Source of the DNA: an uncultured Methylococcaceae bacterium
GTDB lineage: Bacteria; Pseudomonadota; Gammaproteobacteria; Methylococcales; Methylomonadaceae
DNA length: 64,000 bases
Direction of reading: 5' to 3'
Assembly: GCA_903934035.1 (NCBI GenBank)
Contig: CAIZMK010000056.1
Coordinates: 3,039 to 67,038, forward strand
Under the pieces are notes generated by a model. That model had not been told where the DNA came from. It was given only the letters and a program-made list of their open reading frames with translations, and did no database searches. Position numbers and translations under genes: made by a program. Shown one piece after another: positions 1 through 9,389 of this stretch. The stretch's first letter is position 1. Every line of letters starts with the position of its first letter.

Positions 1-435
1 TAAACCCAAGACACCTAAAGTTTTGCCTGAAAGTTCAAAACCAGCAAAATGTTTCTTTTCATTCTCAATTTGTTCATTGAGACTTTCTTCGCTACCGGTT
101 AAATCTCTGACGAAATTTAAGGCGGGTACGATATTTCTGGCGGCTAACAACATGCCGGCAATGACTAACTCAGCCACAGCATTTGAATTAGCGCCAGGCG
201 CATTAAACACGGGAATGCCTCGTTGAGTATATTCAGGCACTGGAATATTATTAACCCCAGCACCAGCACGACCCACTGCCTTTAAAGACGCTGGAATAGC
301 TTGGTCATGTAAATTAAAAGATCGTAACATCACGGCATCAGGACTATCGACTTGCGCGCCAACTTGATACTGCTCATCAGGAAATCTATCAAGTCCTGCC
401 CGTGATATGTTGTTATAAGTCAAGATTTTAAACAT
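1..435 (-). CDS. serA: D-3-phosphoglycerate dehydrogenase / D-2-hydroxyacid dehydrogenase, N-terminal part, runs off the window (not in ORF track)
   Basis: Manual minus-strand translation from ATG at 435: MFKILTYNNISRAGLDRFP...LKAVGRAGAGVNNIPV...GIPVFNAPGANSNAVAELV...ELSGKTLGVLG; RAGAGVNNI, NAPGAN and start of the Rossmann GxxG are diagnostic. Confidence 0.85.
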   Translation of the reverse strand, partial: MFKILTYNNISRAGLDRFPDEQYQVGAQVDSPDAVMLRSFNLHDQAIPASLKAVGRAGAGVNNIPVPEYTQRGIPVFNAPGANSNAVAELVIAGMLLAARNIVPALNFVRDLTGSEESLNEQIENEKKHFAGFELSGKTLGVLGL

Positions 436-717
436 GCTGTTCCCTTGTAATAGCTAAATTTAGTAGTGTATGGGGGTTGTTAAGTGATTCAGAATAAGCT
501 CTGTTTTACTTTTTTGGTAGAGGCTAACGCATTCGCCCTTAATAATATAATGATATTATTAGATGATTATATCTGTTTTATTAAAATAAGAAGTATCGAT
601 TATGACCCAATAAGCAGTTCCTGCGTATCTAATATACGTTTTCAGCGATAAATCTTACCGACTAGCGACCAATAAGCGCAAATGCTTTATTATAATTTGT
701 GCATCGCAACTCGCGAA

Positions 718-751
718 GTGTTGGGGTTCGCGTTGCTTCACCTCAATCTAC
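718..751 (-). repeat. Single GTAG-type REP-like palindrome
   Basis: Minus strand reads GTAGATTGAGGTGAAGCAACGCGAACCCCAACAC: GTAG foot plus imperfect hairpin. Confidence 0.55.
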
Positions 752-846
752 GTTATTTTCAATTGTTTAAAAAAACCACAAACTTAATCGCTTCGAGTAT
801 ATTAGCGCCTTAAAAACAACCTATCTAAAGAGCTATAATAAATATA

Positions 847-3081
847 ATGAACCAGCCTTCAGTAGCCAATTTCGACCGTCGTTTATCCTTAATTATTTTA
901 TTTGCAGGCACTCTATTTATCAGTGCCTCATTGATGTTTGTTTTGCAACCCTTGTTTGGTAAGTTGCTATTACCTTTATTGGGCGGCTCACCGGCAGTAT
1001 GGAACACCTGCATGGTGTTTTATCAAAGCCTTTTATTTCTCGGCTATCTTTATGCGCATTTCTTGTCTACGCGCGCCAATCAACGCCGCCAAATCATGGT
1101 TCATGCCGCTATCATAATGATTAGCTTATTAGCTCTGCCGGTTGCCTTACCTGAAAATATAACGCCACCTACTGATAGCAATCCTACCTTTTGGTTATGC
1201 TGGACTTTATTTTTAGCTATCGGTCTGCCCTACTTTGTTATTTCAACCACTTCTCCACTGGTTCAAAAATGGTTTGCCAATATTGGCCATCATACTAGTC
1301 ACGATCCTTATTATCTTTATGCGGCTAGCAATGCAGGAAGTCTACTGGCTTTACTCAGCTATCCCTTTCTATTAGAACCAGCCATTGGCTTAAGCCTGCA
1401 AAAAACCAGCTGGAGCTTAGGCTATTTAATACTTTGTGCATTGATAATGACTTGCGCCATCGTGTTATGGAAAAGCCAGCAAACTAAGACCAATATCGAA
1501 GACTATGCACCAGAAACAAGTACTCTGAGTCTGCGCCAAAAATCTCATTGGATGGCCTTGGCTTTTGTACCCTCTAGCTTATTGCTAGGCTTAACCAATT
1601 TCATTAGTACCGATATTGCCTCAGTACCGTTATTATGGATTATTCCCTTAACCTTATATTTGCTGTCTTTTGTGATTGTATTTTCTAAATGGAACCACGT
1701 AATTCATCCATGGATGGTTAAAGGTCAGCCTGTCGTTTTAATTCCTTTCATCGCCTATGCCTTCATTAATCCGGCTGACTTACCTTATTGGACGTATCTG
1801 ATTTTGCATTTACTGGCTTTTTTATTTGCTGTTATGGTCTGTCATGGAGAGTTAGCAAAGAACAGACCCTCAACTCAGCATTTAACGAGTTTTTATTTAA
1901 TCATGTCTTTTGCCGGCATGTTGGGCGGCATGTTTAATACTTTTGTCGCGCCCTTCATCTTCAATGGCATTTACGAATACCCTCTGATGATCGTTGCCGC
2001 ACTGTTACTTCGCCCTGGCGTTGTGTTTTCATTCAGTAAAAGCATGTTGCTACAAATCATCCTGCCTTTGTTTCTCATAATAGCTGGCATCATTATTTAT
2101 GCAAACTGCACAGATTTACTGCAATATTTCGACATCATCGTCATCAGTTTAATTGCTCTAACCTTGTTATCATTTTTGTTAAGAACTAAGCCTGTCGCTT
2201 TCGCTTTTTTAACGGGCGCCATTATTTTTCTTGCTTTAGGGCTACATGGCTTATCGTCACATACTCTTTATCAAGAGCGCACCTTTTTTGGTGTGTTAGC
2301 GGTACGTGAAAGCGTATTAACTAATGAACAACAGCAAGCTGAAACGTATCACGAACTTTTTCATGGCACCACTAAACATGGCGCAGAACGCCTAACTGAC
2401 GATGCGGCCACTATACCCTATACTTATTACAGCCGACCTGGCCCAATGGGGCAGTTGTTTAAAACTTTCGATACGACTAATCAACACTGGAATATAGGTG
2501 TCGTTGGTTTAGGTGCAGGCGCTTTAACATGCTATGCCAAAGACCAACAAAACTGGACACTTTATGAAATCGATCCGCTGGTAGTCGACATCGCTAGCAA
2601 CCCCGATTATTTCCATTATTTACAACGTTGTAGTCAGGACAGCACTTTGCGTATTGGTGATGCACGCTTGTCATTAGAAAAAGAATCCAATCAACATTTT
2701 GATTTGTTAATCATGGATGCTTTTAGTTCTGATTCTGTACCCACACACTTATTAACAGAAGAAGCACTCAAGCTATATTTCGACAAATTAAAACCCGATG
2801 GCATACTGGCTTTTCATATTACTAACCGTCATTTGTTGCTAAAGAAAGTACTCTCTATTCATGCCGAACATTTACATTTGGCAGCACTGATACAAGAATT
2901 TAAACCGCAACAAGCGTCAGAATTAATAGTGGCGACCGACTGGGTAGTGATTGCTAAAAAGCCAGAAACACTTGCACCACTGACGATAAGTCGCCTAGGA
3001 ACCTGGCAGAAAATGCCTTTATACTTTGATATGAAACCTTGGACTGATGACTACACCAATATCATTAGTATCTGGAAATAA
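847..3081 (+). CDS. Fused multi-TM membrane domain / spermidine-synthase-like SAM-dependent methyltransferase-fold protein
   Basis: About 13 hydrophobic segments, then GVVGLGAGAL (SAM-binding loop), YEIDPLVV, GDARLSL, DLLIMDAFSSDSVPTHLLT. Confidence 0.85.
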   Translation: MNQPSVANFDRRLSLIILFAGTLFISASLMFVLQPLFGKLLLPLLGGSPAVWNTCMVFYQSLLFLGYLYAHFLSTRANQRRQIMVHAAIIMISLLALPVALPENITPPTDSNPTFWLCWTLFLAIGLPYFVISTTSPLVQKWFANIGHHTSHDPYYLYAASNAGSLLALLSYPFLLEPAIGLSLQKTSWSLGYLILCALIMTCAIVLWKSQQTKTNIEDYAPETSTLSLRQKSHWMALAFVPSSLLLGLTNFISTDIASVPLLWIIPLTLYLLSFVIVFSKWNHVIHPWMVKGQPVVLIPFIAYAFINPADLPYWTYLILHLLAFLFAVMVCHGELAKNRPSTQHLTSFYLIMSFAGMLGGMFNTFVAPFIFNGIYEYPLMIVAALLLRPGVVFSFSKSMLLQIILPLFLIIAGIIIYANCTDLLQYFDIIVISLIALTLLSFLLRTKPVAFAFLTGAIIFLALGLHGLSSHTLYQERTFFGVLAVRESVLTNEQQQAETYHELFHGTTKHGAERLTDDAATIPYTYYSRPGPMGQLFKTFDTTNQHWNIGVVGLGAGALTCYAKDQQNWTLYEIDPLVVDIASNPDYFHYLQRCSQDSTLRIGDARLSLEKESNQHFDLLIMDAFSSDSVPTHLLTEEALKLYFDKLKPDGILAFHITNRHLLLKKVLSIHAEHLHLAALIQEFKPQQASELIVATDWVVIAKKPETLAPLTISRLGTWQKMPLYFDMKPWTDDYTNIISIWK

Positions 3082-3304
3082 ATAATCAACACGCTCCTGC
3101 TGTTAAAGTTTAGATGGCTATACTAAGCTTTAACCCCTATAATAAGTACGTTAGTCGGTAATGCTAGGTATTAACCTAGCATTACTCTAATAAGTTTTGC
3201 AATTAATCAGCACTTTATTTAGAAATTCCATCCGTTTTTCCCGCTTTTGTGCCCGGATATGATTTGCAATAAAAATATTTTCATTCATTTATTGAGACAA
3301 TTAC

Positions 3305-3511
3305 ATGGCAACTGGTACAGTTAAGTGGTTTAACGAATCTAAAGGTTTCGGTTTTATTTCTCCTAGTGATGGCACAGCAGATGTATTCGTACATTTCTCT
3401 GCAATTGCTAGTGACGGCGGCTACCGCACTTTGGCCGAAGGCCAAGCAGTAAAATATGAAGTCGAATCAGGCCCTAAAGGCCCACAAGCTTCAAATGTAA
3501 CGACCGCATAA
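3305..3511 (+). CDS. cspA: Cold-shock protein
   Basis: [16 protein letters not shown] (RNP1) and DVFVHFSAI (RNP2), 68 aa. Confidence 0.97.
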   Translation: MATGTVKWFNESKGFGFISPSDGTADVFVHFSAIASDGGYRTLAEGQAVKYEVESGPKGPQASNVTTA

Positions 3512-3528
3512 ACCGTTACTCTCTGACA

Positions 3529-3559
3529 CACAACCTTGCCTAAAACTGGCAAGGTTGTG
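3529..3559 (+). terminator. 12-bp stem-loop downstream of cspA (terminator or stabilising hairpin)
   Basis: CACAACCTTGCC-taaaact-GGCAAGGTTGTG, perfect stem but no U-tract. Confidence 0.45.
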
Positions 3560-3624
3560 GCATAGCCAATATGCATTGGCTAATCATTTCCCTCCCTCTC
3601 CCCCCCGAATTTAGGACATGTCTT

Positions 3625-3888
3625 TTGAAACGACTTTTTGTAGGAAACTTACCTAGCGACGCCACTGAAGAAAGTGTGCAATCTTTATTTTCAGAATACG
3701 GCAAAGTGCGCTCCATCCAACTTGTTGCCGACATTTTTAGTGGCAAATGCAGAGGCTTCGGTTTTGTCGGCATGGAAGGTCACGAAGCCAGAGCTGCTAT
3801 CGCAGCACTAGACGGCAATTTATATTGCGGAAAACCTTTAAAAGTTAAATTTGAAGAACCCGCTACCGGAAAAAACGGTAGACGCTAA
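3625..3888 (+). CDS. RRM-domain RNA-binding protein (probable TTG start at 3625; ORF track extends to 3571)
   Basis: LFVGNL (RNP2) and RGFGFVGM (RNP1); AGGA lies 8 nt upstream of TTG-AAA-CGA. Confidence 0.92.
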   Translation: MKRLFVGNLPSDATEESVQSLFSEYGKVRSIQLVADIFSGKCRGFGFVGMEGHEARAAIAALDGNLYCGKPLKVKFEEPATGKNGRR

Positions 3889-4088
3889 TAACGTCGCTTT
3901 TTTCTAGCACTACACCAACACCTTCAATCATCAAGCTTTAGCATAATAGTGCATTAGCAGAGCTATCTGGGCGACTTTTAGTCGCCAGATACGCATCGAT
4001 CTTTACCCCTCCTCCCCTCGTGAAAACAGCATTCAATTAAAGCCCAATCACACAGCGACTAAATCGCATAATTACCGTTTATAAATAA

Positions 4089-4105
4089 CTGGCACAAGTT
4101 CTGCT
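4089..4105 (+). promoter_or_regulatory. Sigma54 (-24/-12) promoter of the GH15-glk operon
   Basis: CTGGCACAAGTTCTGCT fits TGGCAC-N5-(T)TGCW with exact GG-N10-GC spacing, 52 bp before the ATG at 4157. Confidence 0.7.
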
Positions 4106-4156
4106 AACTATTTTTTATGCCCATATTTATACACTGAAATTAACCACACCCTAACT

Positions 4157-7100
4157 ATGAATAATTCTAACGAAAAATTGGATATCTATTTCCAACAAGT
4201 TCAAGACATCATTATTAAGCGGCAAGATTGGATTACTGGCTTATTACCAGCGAGTACAGCTGTCACAGTACACGGCAACTATACCGATGCCTGGGTTAGA
4301 GATAATGTTTACAGCATACTTGCGGCATGGGGCTTAGCACTGGCTTACCGGCGCACTGAAAAGGATCATGATCGCACTTATGTACTCGAGCAAAGCGTAG
4401 TCAAACTGATGCGTGGTTTATTAACAGCAATGATGCGCCAAGCACCTAAAGTAGAAAAATTCAAACAATCTCAAAATCCCTTAGATGCTTTACATGCCAA
4501 ATACGATACTAAATCAGGCGCTTGTGTCGTTGGTGATAACGAATGGGGACATTTACAACTAGATGCCACGTCTTTATTTTTATTAATGCTAGCGCAAATG
4601 ACCGCTTCTGGCTTGCGCATCGTTTTTACTATTGATGAAGTCAATTTTGTGCAAAATTTGGTGCACTATATTAGTCGCACTTATCGCACACCCGATTATG
4701 GCATCTGGGAGCGAGGTCACAAAACAAACCAAGGTATTGCCGAACTCAATGCAAGCTCCATCGGCATGGCAAAAGCCGCCTTAGAGGCACTTTCTGGTTT
4801 TAATTTATTTGGCAAAGACGGCGGTCAAGCCTCTATTATTCATGTCATCAGTGATGACATCGCTAGAACACGAATTACTTTAGAAGCGCTTTTACCTAGA
4901 GAATCTATTTCTAAAGCTGTTGATTCTGCAGTACTCAGCATTACTGGCTTTCCAGCATTTTCTGTTGATAATCAAAACCTACGAGCAAAAACAGAGACAC
5001 TCATTTGTGAAAAACTTGAAGGTCGTTATGGTTGCAAACGTTTTCTATTAGATGGTCATCAAACGGTTATAGAAGATAGCCAGCGCTTGCATTATGACGC
5101 TCATGAACTTAAACAATTTATGGATATTGAATGTGAATGGCCTTTATTTTTCACGTATTTACTGTTGAATAATTTATACGCAGGCAACCATGAAGCCGCC
5201 TTAAGTTATCGCCATAAACTCGAAAGCTTGTTAGTTAAGCAAAATGAACAACTTTTATTACCCGAACTCTATGTCGTACCTATCGATTTAATTGCCGCCG
5301 AAAAAGCTAAACCCCATAGTCAAGATCGTCTGCCTAATGAAAACATTCCTTTAGTGTGGGCACAAAGTCTTTTTATATTAGGCTGTCTAATCCAAGATGG
5401 CTTGCTAGATTGTGATGATATTGATCCCTTAGGGCGACACAAAGTTGTTAAAAAAACTAATCACGTCAAGTTACAAATTCAGTTATTGGCTCAAGATGAG
5501 ATAGTCCAAAATACTTTAAAAGAACACGGTATTAACACACAAACCCGCGCTGAAATTGCCCCTATTCAAATTAGAGACGCAAGCGAATTAGCTGAAGCCT
5601 ATACGCATGTCGGTCGAAATGATCGTATAGGCATCACCGGCAGACCTCTGCGTCAGTTGCGAACATTAGCCACTTCAAAAATGTATAATTTAGCGGGTGA
5701 GCCTTTATTATTCTTGCCGCAATGCCTTAATCAAAAAGGTTTTTATTTGGCGATGGACAACCATTTACTGATTCAGCGTTTACGCTTAGAAATGTCCTAC
5801 ATCTATCGCCACTGGGATAAATTGGGCAATCCAGTCATAGCCATTTCTATCAAACAAAATATGCTGAACAACCAGCATCGCGACATATTAATCAACTTTA
5901 TTAAGGAACTGCAACAAGGCGTCTCTCAAGGCTTTGCCATTGAACTAGGAACACTATTAGATTTCACTGAAACATCTAGCCATGAAAAAATAAAAAACTT
6001 ACATGACTTTCAATTCTCTGAGGCTTCTTGGGAAGATGCTGAACGACCTTTTTTACATGCATTACCCAGCAACACAGAGCCCTCAGCCCCATTAAATACT
6101 TTGCTATTGAATGAATGGGATCTGGCTAGTGACGAAACCTTAATCATGCTATTAAAAACTCATAGCAATCTTTATGTACAAGTTGAAGCACTGAGTTTAC
6201 TAAGCTTAAGGCATGATTTAGCTTTCAATACCACCCTTAGCAGCGATGACAATACGGCTAGCGTAGGAGATTTACTAGAAGAAGTCTATGAACGAGCAGG
6301 CGATCAACATGTTTGGAGCATTGTTAGACGCTGCGCCAGCTTACTCGGCAAATATGATATTAATTTAGAGCAGGCAGCAACCGAAATACTGGTTCGCCAA
6401 CACGCACTTACTTTAGGACGAGCATACAGTGGCAAAGCTACTTTAACGCGCCCAGCAGATTCTTCAGAAATATTACACATCATCAATACCTACAATAGCG
6501 ATGCCAGTGAACGCATTATTGTTCAAGAACTCGTGGTTTATTTAGGTATGTTGATAAAATCTAACCCCGAACTATTTGACGACATGCATACTTTACGCGT
6601 CGGTCATATTTTGCAATTAATTATTGTCAGGCAACAAAGGGAAACTGGCTGTGGCTCCTTAGATGAAGCTTTTAATGAAATCATGGCCATGCCTCCCTAT
6701 CAATTATCTAACAAACTTAAAGAAATGTTGGATGACATTAACAATACCGAAGATCAACTCGAATCAGCAGAAATGCTCCATTTTGAGGGCAGTCATCATA
6801 AAATTAACCGAGCAATTTTCTCGAAAGCCATGGATCCTAAAGATCAAGGTGACACCATCAATTGGTATGAATGGCGTGAGCAGCAAGGTAGTGTAGGAAG
6901 AGAAAACAGTGCATTTTATGCGGGTCTCTGGGATATTTTGCATCATTGCAAAGGTTTAATGATGGGAGAAAAACTTAACAGCAAATATCGTTTAGATAGC
7001 GAAACAATTTTGTCACAGATGACCGAAGGTGAGCAAAGCTTTAAAATACAAGTTAATCACGTACTTAATAAAATACAAGCACCTGTTTATCGTCAATTAA

Positions 7101-7351
7101 CCGTAGAGGCTTTAAAAGCCATGGCGTCTATTTTTAGAGCCAATGACGCCTTACACATTGATGATAATTTATTAACGGATATTATTATTGGTCATGCCGT
7201 AAGAATTAGCTGGCTAAATGAACATCCAGACCAAACTGAACATTATGAAACCATGACAGCACTGGCTTGGCAATATTTTTACAGCTTGCCTCCACATAAA
7301 GTGGCCAATGCTATACTGGATGCTCTCATTCATCTACTCGATAACAACTAA
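4157..7351 (+). CDS. GH15-like protein, homologue of eukaryotic phosphorylase kinase alpha/beta regulatory subunits
   Basis: Motifs AWVRDNVYSILAAWGL, WGHLQLDATS, DYGIWERG, ELNASSIGMAKAALEAL, IECEWPLF closely follow the PhK-alpha N-terminal GH15-like domain as I recall it; 1064 aa. Confidence 0.88.
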   Translation: MNNSNEKLDIYFQQVQDIIIKRQDWITGLLPASTAVTVHGNYTDAWVRDNVYSILAAWGLALAYRRTEKDHDRTYVLEQSVVKLMRGLLTAMMRQAPKVEKFKQSQNPLDALHAKYDTKSGACVVGDNEWGHLQLDATSLFLLMLAQMTASGLRIVFTIDEVNFVQNLVHYISRTYRTPDYGIWERGHKTNQGIAELNASSIGMAKAALEALSGFNLFGKDGGQASIIHVISDDIARTRITLEALLPRESISKAVDSAVLSITGFPAFSVDNQNLRAKTETLICEKLEGRYGCKRFLLDGHQTVIEDSQRLHYDAHELKQFMDIECEWPLFFTYLLLNNLYAGNHEAALSYRHKLESLLVKQNEQLLLPELYVVPIDLIAAEKAKPHSQDRLPNENIPLVWAQSLFILGCLIQDGLLDCDDIDPLGRHKVVKKTNHVKLQIQLLAQDEIVQNTLKEHGINTQTRAEIAPIQIRDASELAEAYTHVGRNDRIGITGRPLRQLRTLATSKMYNLAGEPLLFLPQCLNQKGFYLAMDNHLLIQRLRLEMSYIYRHWDKLGNPVIAISIKQNMLNNQHRDILINFIKELQQGVSQGFAIELGTLLDFTETSSHEKIKNLHDFQFSEASWEDAERPFLHALPSNTEPSAPLNTLLLNEWDLASDETLIMLLKTHSNLYVQVEALSLLSLRHDLAFNTTLSSDDNTASVGDLLEEVYERAGDQHVWSIVRRCASLLGKYDINLEQAATEILVRQHALTLGRAYSGKATLTRPADSSEILHIINTYNSDASERIIVQELVVYLGMLIKSNPELFDDMHTLRVGHILQLIIVRQQRETGCGSLDEAFNEIMAMPPYQLSNKLKEMLDDINNTEDQLESAEMLHFEGSHHKINRAIFSKAMDPKDQGDTINWYEWREQQGSVGRENSAFYAGLWDILHHCKGLMMGEKLNSKYRLDSETILSQMTEGEQSFKIQVNHVLNKIQAPVYRQLTVEALKAMASIFRANDALHIDDNLLTDIIIGHAVRISWLNEHPDQTEHYETMTALAWQYFYSLPPHKVANAILDALIHLLDNN

Positions 7352-7362
7352 AGGAATTTAAC

Positions 7363-8334
7363 GTGATACTTGCAGGCGACATAGGTGGAACAAAAACCGT
7401 ACTTTCTCTTTTAAGCAAAGATGCAGATGGCGTTCTAAGTTGCTTAAAAGAACAGTCATACGCTAGTCAGCAGTTTGCCGAATTTGATGATATTTTGACG
7501 GACTTCATACCCAGCCCAACTACTATCAAATCAGCCTGCTTGGGTATTGCAGGCCCCGTCGTTGATCAACGCTGCCAAACCACTAATTTACCCTGGCTGT
7601 TAGATGCAGAGCTCTTAAAACTAAAACTCGGCATCACTCAGGTTAAATTACTTAATGACCTAGAAGCTATGGCCTTGGGTATGTTGCATTTACCTGAACA
7701 TGAACTACTAGAACTCAACCCTAATGCAGAAACTCAAACCGGCAATTGCGCGGTGATTGCAGCAGGCACTGGTTTAGGTGAAGCGCTACTTTATTGGGAC
7801 GGTCAGCAGCATCATGCCATAGCTACTGAAGGTGGACATACTGATTTTGCTGCTCAAAACAGCTTACAAATTCAACTACTAGACTTTCTAAGTAAACAGC
7901 ATCCTGAACATGTCAGTTACGAGCGCATATTGTCAGGCATAGGCTTTAGTCATCTTTATGATTTTCTGTGCGAACTAAAAATTGCTCCCCCCTGTTCTGA
8001 AGTAGACAATATTAGCAAAGACATGGATAGAAATGCCCTGATCTCTGAATTAGGCATTACGAATAAAGACCCCTGCTGCACAGCGGTGCTAAAGTTATTT
8101 ATTGAAATTTATGGCGCAGAAGCTGGCAACCTTGCCTTAAAATCCCTAGCAACAGGTGGCGTTTTTATAGGCGGAGGCATAGCTCCTAAAATTTTACCCG
8201 CACTGCAAAATGGTGATTTTATGCAAGCCTTTAAAGCTAAAGGTCGCTTTGAAGCTATGCTTAATAAAATGTCAGTTAAATGTTCACTTAATCCACGCAC
8301 CCCGTTAATTGGCGCGATACATTATTTTAATTAA
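7363..8334 (+). CDS. glk: Glucokinase (E. coli Glk type)
   Basis: LAGDIGGTKT, LLNDLEA, AAGTGLGEA, TEGGH, GGVFIGGGIAPKI; GTG start 11 bp after the GH15 stop. Confidence 0.95.
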   Translation: MILAGDIGGTKTVLSLLSKDADGVLSCLKEQSYASQQFAEFDDILTDFIPSPTTIKSACLGIAGPVVDQRCQTTNLPWLLDAELLKLKLGITQVKLLNDLEAMALGMLHLPEHELLELNPNAETQTGNCAVIAAGTGLGEALLYWDGQQHHAIATEGGHTDFAAQNSLQIQLLDFLSKQHPEHVSYERILSGIGFSHLYDFLCELKIAPPCSEVDNISKDMDRNALISELGITNKDPCCTAVLKLFIEIYGAEAGNLALKSLATGGVFIGGGIAPKILPALQNGDFMQAFKAKGRFEAMLNKMSVKCSLNPRTPLIGAIHYFN

Positions 8335-8398
8335 CACTCAGGTAAACTTTAAGGAGGATAGCAAATCAAGCCATAAAAATATTAGGCTCAACTCTGTT

Positions 8399-8426
8399 AG
8401 CCTTGAGCCTTGAGCCTTTAGCCTTG
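8399..8426 (+). repeat. Short tandem heptamer repeat (AGCCTTG/T x4)
   Basis: AGCCTTG AGCCTTG AGCCTTT AGCCTTG read directly. Confidence 0.8.
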
Positions 8427-8477
8427 AGGATACCTCAACTTTAACTTAAACAACCCTCCAACTACCTATATTAAAAA

Positions 8478-8924
8478 ATGATATCTATAGCCGACATACC
8501 CACTGCCAGCAATGCGATTAGAGATGCCGTAACACCGGTATTTTTAATCACTGGCATAGGCTCCATTCTTGGCGTACTCACTAATCGCTTAGGCAGAGCG
8601 ATTGATCGCTATCGAATATTAAGTGAAATGAAATATCATGATCTTTCATCCAGCTCACTTCATGAAATAAAAACTATTTCCAAACGCATACATTGGATGA
8701 GAAGAGCTGTTAGCTTATGCACACTATCAATTTTATGCGTTTGCCTTACCATCGCCTTCTTTTTTATTGCCGTAGAATTTAATATCGAATCAACAAGGAC
8801 CATCGCCATTTTATTTATCACCGCCATGTTGACATTAACCTGTGGTTTATTATGTTTCATGCGTGAAATATCATTGGCAACTAATGAAACTTTCGATATC
8901 GATACCTTGATAAAACCTAAATAA
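8478..8924 (+). CDS. Small membrane protein, DUF2721-like
   Basis: AIRDAVTPVFLITGIGSILGVLTNRLGRAIDR N-terminus and two C-terminal TM helices. Confidence 0.75.
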   Translation: MISIADIPTASNAIRDAVTPVFLITGIGSILGVLTNRLGRAIDRYRILSEMKYHDLSSSSLHEIKTISKRIHWMRRAVSLCTLSILCVCLTIAFFFIAVEFNIESTRTIAILFITAMLTLTCGLLCFMREISLATNETFDIDTLIKPK

Positions 8925-8949
8925 AAAAACAGAGTGACTAGATTTAAAG

Positions 8950-8997
8950 CGCTCCTAATAAGTGCGGCATTTGCTGCTTATGCACTTTGTTGGTGCA
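8950..8997. promoter_or_regulatory. Tandem NtrC-type enhancer boxes
   Basis: CGCTCCTAATAAGTGCG (8950-8966) and TGCACTTTGTTGGTGCA (8981-8997) against consensus TGCACCA-N3-TGGTGCA; centres 31 bp apart. Confidence 0.7.
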
Positions 8998-9053
8998 AAA
9001 AATCAATGCCACAATTATCTCCATAGCGATCTCTTTTAACATTGGATGGAAAT

Positions 9054-9138
9054 ATAGGGTGCTGAGGAACGAAACGCATTATTTGTCTTTTATCGATTGA
9101 TGCGTCTACTTCGTCATTCTATCGCTAACCCGACCTAC
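9054..9138. repeat. Hybrid REP doublet (GGGTGCTGAGGAACGAAACGCA arm plus CTAACCCGACCTAC arm)
   Basis: Left arm of one REP family; right end matches the GTAGGTCGGGTTAG family seen at 17210, 23391 and 59714. Confidence 0.6.
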
Positions 9139-9313
9139 ACAAAACCTTAACTATGGGCTGTTTATAACTCTTTCAATTATTTACAGTAGATTATCGGTAT
9201 TAATACTTATATTTTTTAGGGCTTTCTTTTGCTCTAATGCTCTGGTTTAATCAACATTCTGCTGTCATTTACTAAGCACCTATTCGAATCATCAACATCT
9301 ATTTTAATTACTA

Positions 9314-9329
9314 TGGCATAGCTATTGCT
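9314..9329 (+). promoter_or_regulatory. Sigma54 (-24/-12) promoter of the ATP-grasp operon
   Basis: TGGCATAGCTATTGCT = TGGCAT-N5-TTGCT, 60 bp before the ATG at 9390. Confidence 0.8.
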
Positions 9330-9389
9330 TTTAACTCTAGTGTGAATACAAAAAATATTTTAACGAAAGACTTCTTCATAAGATAAAAC

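Noticed and set aside
23-226. 67-aa plus-strand ORF
   Set aside because: Antisense shadow of the serA-like gene.
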